From the NCBI GenBank assembly GCA_950097015.1, contig CATNEN010000001.1:27032001-27096000 (forward strand): DNA of 64,000 nucleotides, read 5' to 3'. This document shows, piece after piece, positions 54,785 to 64,000 of the stretch. Both the position numbers and the translations under genes were made by a program. Position 1 is the first letter of the stretch. Each line of letters starts with the position of its first letter. Origin of the DNA: Macrostomum hystrix. Lineage: Eukaryota; Animalia; Platyhelminthes. The notes beneath the pieces are model-generated. The model saw only the letters and a list, made by a program, of their open reading frames with translations. It had not been told where the DNA came from and made no database searches.

Positions 54785-55334
54785 TTGAAATCATGAAACC
54801 AACTCAGTCGTGTAGGAAATCATTTCTAGATAGATTTTCAATTGAATCCCACTCGATAAACTGTGCTCAAATCTATTGGGACACCGACGACAGCCATATA
54901 CTGCTGACATAGTCAGAGTCAAGATAAAACTTTCTAGGTGACTTTCCAGGTTAATAAGTTCGAGTGGAAATCATTTGAAATCATGAAGCCAACTCAGTCG
55001 TGTAGGAAATCATTTCTAGATTGATTTTCAATTGAATCCGACTCGATAAACTGTGCTCAAATCTATTGGGACACCGACGACAGCCATATAGTACTGACAT
55101 AGTCAGAGTCAAGATAAAATTTTCTAGGTGACTTTCCAGGTTAATAAGTTCGAGTGGAAATCATTTGAATCATGAAACCAACTCAGTCGTGCAGGAAATT
55201 ATTTCTAGATTGATTTTCAATTGAATCCGACTCGATAAACTGTGCTCAAATCTATTGGGACACCGACGACAGCCATATAGTACTGACATAGTCAGAGTTA
55301 AGATAAAATTTTCTAGGTGACTTTCCAGGTTAAT
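54785..55334. repeat. ~189-bp tandem repeat, ~3 copies
   Basis: TTTGAA(A)TCATGAA..CAACTCAGTCGTG recurs at ~54785, 54974, 55164. Confidence 0.93.
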
Positions 55335-55963
55335 ACGTAAGTCATGATACGTAATACGTAATACAGGTAAGTCAGTTCTTTAAAATGGCATGAGCAAGTC
55401 AGAAAGAGATCAAAGAAAAGAATTGATCGACAGTGAAAGCATTTAAATTTTTTGTTTCGCATTTGTTGATTTCTAATGCGGCGACATCGGAACTGACTCT
55501 CGTAGGCACCAGTTAAGTTTGGCATGCTTATAGTCACTCTTTAACTGAGCATTTATTGATTTATTTATATAATGATTTGTATACAACACAACAACAATGA
55601 TACAACATTGATACGATACAACGATACAATGATACAACAATATATAAAAATTTAAAGCTCAGTTTAATGACAATTATCCCAGATCCTCAGTTTGGTGACA
55701 ATCCCAGATCCTCTGTTTGGTGACAATCCCAGATCCTCTGTTTGGGACAATCCCAGTGTAGTGTCAGCTTGTTTGCCCTTCTATCTCCCCGTGTTATTAT
55801 TCAATACTTATTTTTAGACACGTGTATTTTGCTAAGAGTTCATCCACATCCACGCTAAGAGTTCATTCATCCGGGCCGGACCAGCTGGGGGAACGGACGC
55901 CCACCACCCCGCGAGCGCTACCCCTGGGCTACAGTCCCGACCAATCAGCGAGTGACCCGGCCG

Positions 55964-56799
55964 ACATTCTGGACCTGTGTGCCGACGAACCGATGAGCGT
56001 CGTCGATGTCACTAACGAGGGGCCCGTAGAAATAGCGCCCAGGCTGACGCGAAGGGAGCGACGCCAACAGCGCGCTCAACGGTTTTACCAGGAACGGCGG
56101 GAACGGCGCCGCGAAGAGAGAGCGGTAGAACCCCAGCCGGAGGCCGCACGGCGAAATATCTTCCAGTCCCTCAAGAATTTCATACTAAACGAATGGTCTT
56201 ACTACGGCAACGGAGACGGCGCCTTCCAAGGGCGTGAGAAAGCTGTGTCGAACATACGGGCCGCGATCCGTCGGGATCGAACTCGAGGGCAACGCGCCGG
56301 TGTACCATTCCCCGACCTCCAGCGGACGCTGAGCGAAGCTATAAGTACAGCGGTAGCTTTTACACCGCGGCGACGCATGCCGAACGAGGCCATCGACCTC
56401 ATCCGTACGGCGTGTGCACAGGAGCTGGTGCCCCTGATCGGGTGGGGACCGGACCCACGTGCCGCCGCGCCTCCACCTCCGCCACCAACACAGGTTCGGG
56501 CGCAACCGTCCGGCCTACCAGCCCAAGACCGCTTTTCGATGCCCCACATGCGTGGCGCCCTCGAGAGAACCGAGTACCGGTCACTCTTCAATGAGGGCTA
56601 CCGCCGGCAGCAGGAGACGGATGGCTCGGTAACGGTCCGTAGCGCCGTCGGGTTCCGGGTCGACCGCGACACGCGGGGCGATCGGTTTGAGTGCGTCTAT
56701 ATGCACGCGCCGGCGCCCGGGGCCAAGCGGCTGCAAAAAGCACGAAAAATTACGATTAAAAATATACTGAACCAACTTACAAGCCGCACCGCGGTGTGA
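55964..56799 (+). CDS. Orphan ORF (5' end lost or starting at an internal ATG) in the 3' internal region of LTR-C
   Basis: ~278 open codons, GC-rich, Arg/Pro-rich; no recognised domain. The first ~47 aa of the tracked ORF are LTR sequence. Confidence 0.5.
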
Positions 56800-57437
56800 G
56801 AGGAATTATACTGGACAAATGAAGAACTGTTGATTTAATATCAAACGTCCTGGAGGCAAGACGTTAAACTGCACCATAACTAGAAAGTATAGTTAACGTC
56901 CTGGAGGCAAGACGTTAAACTGCACCATAACTAGAAAATATAGTTAACGTCCTGGGACATGACGTTAAACTGTACCGAAATAAGCAGAGTATAGAGAGAT
57001 TAAACGTCCTGGGACATGACGTTAAACTGTACCGAAGTAAGGAGGATAGTGTGATTAAACGTCCCGGAGGCGTGACGTTGAAGTGCACAGTAGCTATAAA
57101 GAGCGAATTATGTACCGAATTACGTCCTAAAGCATTAACTTATACTTCATCGATTAACCCATCATTGCACGGCAATGATTGCGTCAAATACAGAGGAAAA
57201 TTGAGCCTTGTCTAAGTATTCGAGTCTGAGTTCTGTTCGCCGTGCTTTGAAAGTCCTTTACCAATTATTGTCTTGAATTTATCAGTTTCCGCTGTCAATA
57301 AAACAGTGAAGAACCCTACTCTACCTCTTTTAGGAGGGGGGAGGTGGTGAGAGTGTGTCAAGTTCGATTTTTAGTTGATTTTTTGCCGTGCATAATTAAT
57401 TATTGTCGCCGCGTCGGTTATTGCAAAATACGTTTCT

Positions 57438-60400
57438 TGTTGTGACTTGAATATTCAACCGGACTTGAATGTACTCTATTAACTTATCGTTGCTCAATGC
57501 ACGCCCATTTTCCTATGCGTGCGTGGGCCGCGTGTGTCACCTGCGCGTGCGACACAACGTGTTCTGTTCTTACTCCTTGCTCTCCACGTGCCATTGTCAC
57601 CTCCAGCCATATTTTGTTAGTATAAATATATCGAATCTCCTTGTACGTAGTTCGTGGCCTTTGCGCTATCTAAAGAATTCCTGGTCTACAAAAGTGGCGA
57701 AGAGGAATGAGCATTCTGGGCTCAATCGGACCCTTTGTGGAGGGCACTGAGAGTTGGCTGCAATACCAGGAGAGACTGGAACAGTTCCTGATCGCAAATG
57801 ACATCGAGTCAGGGAACAAGAAGCGAGCCGTGCTGCTCAGCACATGCGGCAAGAACACTTACCAACTGGTATCCAGCCTACTGGCACCTGCGAAGCCCTC
57901 TGAGACTGACTATGTGGTAATCTGTGACAAGCTGAAAGAACACTTTGACCCAACCCCGCCAGAGATCGTTCGACGATACCGGTTTTACAGCAGAAGCCGT
58001 CAGGCGGGCGAGTCCACTGCCGAATTTCTCGCCGAGCTACGAAATTTAGCACGTCATTGCAACTTCGGCGCCAGTTTGAACAGCATGCTCAGAGACAGAC
58101 TGGTCCTGGGCATTGAGAACGACAACATCCAGCGGAGGCTCTTTGCTGAGAAAGAATTGACCCTGGAGTCTGCACTCTCGATGGCACAAGCGCACGAGTC
58201 GGCCGCGAAGGGAAACTTGCTGGTGACCAAAGGCTCAGACACCGTGCACGCAGTTCACCGATGGACACCAGAAGAGCGACGGGACAGCCCTGGATCAACC
58301 GGAGAGGCAACGTCGACTAAGCGGTGCCACCGGTGTCTGTCGCAGCGTCATTCAGCGGCGAAGTGCCCGTTCGCAGACAAGAAGTGCTTCGCTGCTCAAA
58401 GATCGAGCATGTCGCGGCCGCGTGCAGGTCAGCAGCGGCAGCCAGCCGTGAAAACCACGCGACGTCACGACGAGAGACCCAGCACGCCTCCGGCCATCGC
58501 GACGGACAGAAGATACACGAGCTCGAGGCGGAGGAGACCTTCTCGCTGCACGTCATGGCCGAGAGAAACGGCAAGGTGCCCCCAATTGAGACTGTGGTGA
58601 TCATCGACGGCACCCCAGTACGAATGGAGGTGGACACTGGAGCATCTGTTTCCCTCATATCGTCGGAGACCTACAAATCTGAGCTGTGTGGCCAGCCTCT
58701 GCTCGAGTCCGTCGACACGCTGCTACGCACCTACTCGGGAGAGTCCGTGCCAGTGCTCGGAAGAATTCGAGTTCGTGTTGAGACCGAGTCGGCCTCCAAG
58801 GTGCTGCCGTTACTCGTGGTGGAGGGCACAGGCTCCAGCCTGATTGGTCGGGACTGGCTGGTCGATCTGCCCTTAGACTGGCGAACAATCAAGCAGGTGC
58901 GGCATGCAGCTGACAACCCAAAGCTACGCAGTCTGCTCGATCGCTACGCCGTTGTTTTCAAGCCGGACCTCGGTCGGTACACGGGACCAGCCGTACAGCT
59001 TCGTCTCAAACCTGGCGCCGGCCCTCGTTTCTACAAGGCTCGGAATGTTCCGCTCGCACTGAAGGAAAAAGTTGAAGCGCAGCTCGACAAGGAAATCGAA
59101 CAGGGTGTGCTGAAACCTGTCGGTAGTTCAGACTATGCATCCCCGATCGTCCCAGTGCTAAAGACGGATGGCTCCGTTCGCATATGTGCCGACTTTAAAC
59201 AGACGGTTAATCTCGACGTGGAGCCGGACACATACCCAGTGCCGAGGATTGACGAGCTTTTCACCAAGCTGGCTGGCGGGAAACGATTCACAAAGCTCGA
59301 CCTATGCCAGGCATACCTACAGATGCCGCTTGACGAAGCATCGCAAGAACTCTGCACCGTTAACACCTCCAAAGGTCTGCTGCGGTACACTAGACTTCCG
59401 TTCGGAGTTGCTCCTGCCGTGGGCATCTTCCAGAGACAGATGGACTGTCTGCTGCAAGGAGTTCCGCACGTAGCGTGCTTCATCGACGACTTGCTCGTAA
59501 CCGGAACAGATGATGGTGACCACCTGCGGAACCTCGAGCAGGTGCTCCAACGGCTACAGCAGAGCGGCCTACGGTGCGGCCTGAGCAAATGCGATTTCCT
59601 GCAGGAGAGTGTCAGCTACCTCGGTCACAAGATCGACTCCACGGGACTGCATCCAATGCAGGACAAAGTGCGGGCTGTCCAGGAGGCACCAGCCCCCCGA
59701 GACCCGACCCAGCTGCGCAGCTTCCTGGGCCTGGTAAACTATTACGGCAAATTCCTGCCCAACCTGTCGACCGAGCTGGCACCTCTGCACCGCTTGCTGA
59801 ACCGCGATAGCCCGTGGCACTGGGGCGCATCCCAGGACGCAGCATTCCACAAGTGCAAGGAGCTGATCAGCAGAGCGCCGGTGCTGGTTCACTTCGACGA
59901 CAAGCTGCCCCTGGTGTTGGAATGCGATGCTTCACCATACGGCATCGGCGCAGTCATTTGCCACCGGGTCAACGGAGTCAAGAAGCCGATTGCGTTCGCC
60001 ACGCGTACTCTGCACGATGCTGAGGCCAACTATTCGCAGCTGGAGAAGGAGGCTCTCGCGGTTGTCTACGGAGTGAAGAAGTTTCACACGTATCTGTACG
60101 GCCGGGAATTCATGCTGGTGAGCGACCACAAGCCGCTGCTGGGACTCCTGCACGAGTCCAAGCCGATCCCTGCGATGGCTTCGGGCAGGATCCAGCGGTG
60201 GGCTCTGCTCCTGGCCGGCTATCGGTACAATATGGTCCACCGAGCCGGCAAGTCCCTGCTCCGAGCCGATGCACTGAGCCGCCTGCCCCTGCCTGAGAGA
60301 CCACGGGATGCACCTGTACCGGCAGAGATTGTGCTCACGATGGACATGTTAGATGAGGGGCCGGTGACAGCGGGCCACATTCGGGCATGGACTCGGACCG

Positions 60401-61995
60401 ACCCGGACCTGTCCAGAATTCTGCACTACACGGAGTCCGGCTGCTGGCCAGCGCAGACGCCCCCGGAGCTGCAGCCGTACCACTCACGTGCCGATTAACT
60501 TAGCATCCAGGATGGCTGCCTGTTGTGGGGCTGCCGAGTGCTGGTGCCAGCGGCGGGCCGGTCGGCTCTGCTCCAATGCCTTCACCAGGGTCATCAAGGC
60601 GCCTCCCGGATGAAGGCGCTCGCCCGCAGCTTTTTCTGGTGGCCCAAACTCGACGAGGCCATTGAGCAGCTCGTCAGCGCGTGTCCCGACTGCCAGGAGC
60701 TTTCAAAGTCCCCGCGGCCGTTCCCACTGCAACCGTGGGCGTGGCCGGACAGGCCGTGGTCGCGCCTCCACATCGACTACGCTGGGCCAGTGGAGGGACG
60801 AATGCTGCTCGTGATCGTCGACGCCCACTCGAAGTGGATGGAGGTACACGTCATGCCGTCAACGTCCTCGGCCGCGACAATCGAGAGACTGAGGCAGAGC
60901 TTCGCCACACACGGCCTACCCGACGTGCTCGTCTCGGACAATGGACCAAATCTAGTCAGCGCGGAAATGGAGGCATTTCTGGAGCGGAACGGCATCAAGC
61001 ACGTGCGCAGGGCGCCCTACCATCCGGCGTCCAACGGCCAGGCGGAACGGGCGGTGCAAACTCTGAAGCGCTCACTGGCCAAACAACGAGGCGGTACGCT
61101 GGAAGAGCGGGTGTCCCGATTCCTCCTGACATATCGGGTGACTCCGCACGCCACTACTGGGGTGGCCCCGTGTGAGCTGCTGATGGGACGACGGCTTCAC
61201 TCACTTCTCGATCGAGTCCGCCCAGATGTGCCGGCCAGGGTCTCTCAGCAGCAAGCGTTGCAAGGGCAGCACCACGACATCCACGCCCGCGACCGTCGGG
61301 TGGAGGTCGGGGACGCCGTGCTTGCCCGCGACTTCGCGAACGAAGGTCGCTGGAAGCCGGCGACCGTGACGGCGAGTTCTGGCGCTACGTCCTTCACCTG
61401 CCGTTTCGAAGATGGACGGGACGCCCATCGCCATGTGGACCAGGTGTGCAAGCCGGCTGGGCCTACCCTGACTGCTGAAGAGCCCCAGTCACAGCTGCCA
61501 ACTTCGCCCCCACCTGGTGGCCAGGCAGAAGCGGCGGTGGTCCTGCCAGGTGTTTCCGAGACCCATGAGGCCACTGGTGAGGGATTGCCGAGGCGCTCAA
61601 GCAGGAAGTGCGGACCATCTGACCGATTGGGCTACCAGTGATTTAGTGACACTGCTTAAATGACTATCAGCTCCAATGTACGGTGGATTGACTATTCGCG
61701 GTGTTATTCAATTTATTTTTAGCTTTGGTGTGGAGGGATGTTGTGACTTGAATATTCAACCGGACTTGAATGTACTCTATTAACTTATCGTTGCTCAATG
61801 CACGCCCATTTTGCTATGCGTGCGTGGGCCGCGTGTGTCACCTGCGCGTGCGACACAACGTGCTCTGTTCTTACTTCCTTGCTCTCCACGTGCCATTGTC
61901 ACCCCCAGCCATATTTTGTTAGTATAAATATATCGAATTTTCTTGTACGTAGTTCGTGGCCTTTGCGCTATCTAAAGAATTCCTGGTCTACAAAA
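57438..61995 (+). mobile_element. Ty3/Gypsy LTR retrotransposon (Gypsy-3) nested in LTR-C
   Basis: LTRs 57438-57693 and 61739-61995 (about 5 substitutions, 1 indel), 5-bp TSD TTTCT, PBS TGGCGAAGAGG, purine tract GGAGGGA. Confidence 0.95.
57707..61641 (+). pseudogene. Gag-Pol of Gypsy-3, disabled (1-bp deletion near 58390, in-frame TAA 60496-60498)
   Basis: Collinear with and similar to the intact Gypsy-2 polyprotein across all domains. Confidence 0.93.
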
Positions 61996-63804
61996 TTTCT
62001 TTTCTTGTTTCTATCGCGACCGCTATGCTAAATACGCTTAATTTCAAATTGCTTTTGTGAATTTTGTCCCGGAATAACGCTCTGATATATTTGTGAAGTT
62101 ATACTGCGTTCTTGTATTGTTGCCGTGTGTCCCAGTTGCATTGTCCCGTTGTTTTTGCTATTTGTCATTTGCTTAATTTAATTGTCGTTGCCATGGTGTG
62201 TGTCATTATGGAATTTCGTTCGGATTTCTTTGTTATTTTTACTCGCCGTTGCTACTGTTTTTCCACCGTGTTCGATTATTGTTCCTATTGTTAGTTGCTT
62301 AATTGGTCAGATGCATTGCTAAGATGTTGCTGTGTTATTTCCTGATGTGTTGTCTAATTAGTATTGCTTATTGCTTAGTTATTACTCTGCCGAGTTGCGA
62401 CTGCTTTGTATTGCTATTGCTCAGTTATTATTCGAATTGAATTTGACTCCTGAACTTTTTTATATATATTTTTTTCAGATTTATGCTAAGATAGTCGTAA
62501 TACTTTATTTCGCACGAATTCAAAATTTTAGAGAGTTACGTATTTCATACCCGAATATTTGGTCTTTGTTAATTTCCGAATCGATATTGTCATGTTACAA
62601 TTTTTTCCTCATTTTCCCTACTTACTTCTTTTAGGAGGGGGGAGTGTAGTGTCAGCTTGTTTGCCCTTCTATCTCCCCATGTTATTATTCAATACTTATT
62701 TTTAGACACGTGTATTTTGCTAAGAGTTCATCCACGCCAAGCCAGGCCGGACCAGCTGGGGGAACGGACGCCCACCACCCCGCGAGCGCTACCCCTGGGC
62801 TACAGTCCCGACCAATCAGCGAGCGACCCGGCCTCACTACCTGTCTACCCTCGGCAAGAAGCGACCCCGGGGCTCAGAACGGCGGTCGCAAGTCTACTGC
62901 GATTTGTCGCCTTGGCTCAAGCTACAGCCAGGCATCCACCTCGCCGATCGACCTAATTTGGGGTTAAAATGACTCTATATAACGAAGCGTGTTTTTGTAG
63001 TCCAAATTATCTTTCTCTCTTTTTCTTCGCAATTCGCCTCACACTGTGAGAAGCACATGCAAATTATCGTTCTCCGCAATTCGCCTCACACTGCGAGAAG
63101 CAGGTGCAACTAGTCCACTTGTTTTGTCCCTCCCCGCCCGACCACACTCCGCTTGTTCAGTTAGGTAGCTTTCGGCGCTACGCGTCTTGAGAGTGCGCCG
63201 CTGACAAGGGTGGTCTAGATAGGCGCTTGTTGTCGAAGTCAGTACGTGCTCTCTTCGGAGACTCCGCCGTCAGGCAGAAGGAGTGCCAACCGATAGGATC
63301 TGTCGGGGCAGCGCTGAAAGCAGAGACAACCGGAGCCTCTCGGGAAGAGTAGGGCGCGGATGTAGGCCAGTTAAGTAAAATTGTTATATCCAAATTGTTA
63401 GACCAGACTTGCTTCTCATTGTGAGCGCGCTATAATTTATTTCCGTGTGAATATCTATTCTGTCAGTATAACTTTTAAGTCAAGTAAACTATATTCAAAG
63501 TAATTCCTATTCGTATCTGGAATCGAAGTCACAGCCAATTAACTCACTCCTAATCATATTATTCGAGTCTTCGTGTTCGTACTGTGTTATTCTTTTTCAT
63601 TGGGAGTTTCGCCGGGCCGGAGGGACACGCGGGTCTCATCGCTTATCTATTCCGCTTCGCTCGCTACCACAGTCTCTAACGCTATTTAATTCCAGATTCC
63701 CTGCTGCTATTGAAACGATTGGTAGGACACCGACCCCGGTGAATAGTGAATAGTCGCTATCTTTAAATTCCTCACGCTCCAGCTAGGACATTAATTTTAT
63801 TACA

Positions 63805-64000
63805 CCAGATCCTCAGTTTGGTGACAATCCCAGATCCTCAGTTTGGGACAATCCCAGATTGGTGATAATCCCCCAGATAAAAAGTTTTAAACAATGAAAT
63901 GAACTAAGCCTTGTTACAACACTGATACAACACAACAACAATGATACAACATTGATACGATACACCGATACAATGATACAACAATATATAAAAATTTAAA
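63805..64000. repeat. Host tandem repeat interrupted by LTR-C
   Basis: 63927-64000 repeats 55584-55657; 63805-63860 continues the 23-25-bp subrepeat seen at 55678-55756. Confidence 0.8.

Larger units (their letters stand above)
55757..63804 (+). mobile_element. Deleted LTR element (LTR-C): truncated 5' LTR 55757-~55962, complete 3' LTR 62645-63804
   Basis: TG...CA ends, 4-bp TSD CCAG (55753-55756 / 63805-63808), PPT AGGAGGGGGGAG before the 3' LTR. Inserted into a GATCCTCWGTTTGGTGACAATCCCA repeat; no gag-pol of its own remains. Confidence 0.85.

Noticed and set aside
43533-55334. Hammerhead ribozymes in the 71-bp or 189-bp tandem repeats
   Set aside because: No complete CTGANGA...GAAA core with flanking stems was found by eye.
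58380-58400. Programmed gag-pol frameshift in Gypsy-3
   Set aside because: The shift falls inside the second zinc knuckle, there is no slippery site, and related Gypsy-2 is continuous there; a 1-bp deletion or sequencing error is more likely.
60496-60498. Stop read-through between RNase H and integrase
   Set aside because: Aligned to Glu in Gypsy-2; a simple GAA-to-TAA change.

Overview
Eukaryotic, repeat-rich genomic window, probably from a flatworm. That is inferred from a thioredoxin-glutathione reductase starting MPP...FSKTTCPYC and from minisatellite-filled introns. There is one clear host gene: a 6-exon selenoprotein TGR (10344-18763, 610 aa, C-terminal G-C-Sec-G, candidate SECIS at ~19010-19071). 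The rest is mostly mobile DNA whose boundaries can be read from TSDs. It includes Merlin, hAT-like and Tc1-like remnants and an intact Gypsy (4954-9706). A deleted LTR element (22873-53694) has been inflated to 30.8 kb by nested insertions: a Polinton/Maverick endogenous virus (23543-44052, itself hit by a solo LTR and an intact Gypsy), an RTE-type LINE, and two ingi/I-group LINEs inserted at the same 12-bp target. A second nested LTR-in-LTR structure lies at 55757-63804. Two observations stand out. (1) The full-length LINE begins with a minimal HDV-like ribozyme, has no usable AUG, and carries a ubiquitin C-terminal motif (VLRLRGG) just before its endonuclease, where L1Tc has a 2A peptide. 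(2) The Polinton encodes its own TATA-binding-protein homolog, visible in full only after removing the Gypsy, plus a tandem PC4-like protein. All calls come from manual reading and motif recognition; no searches were run.
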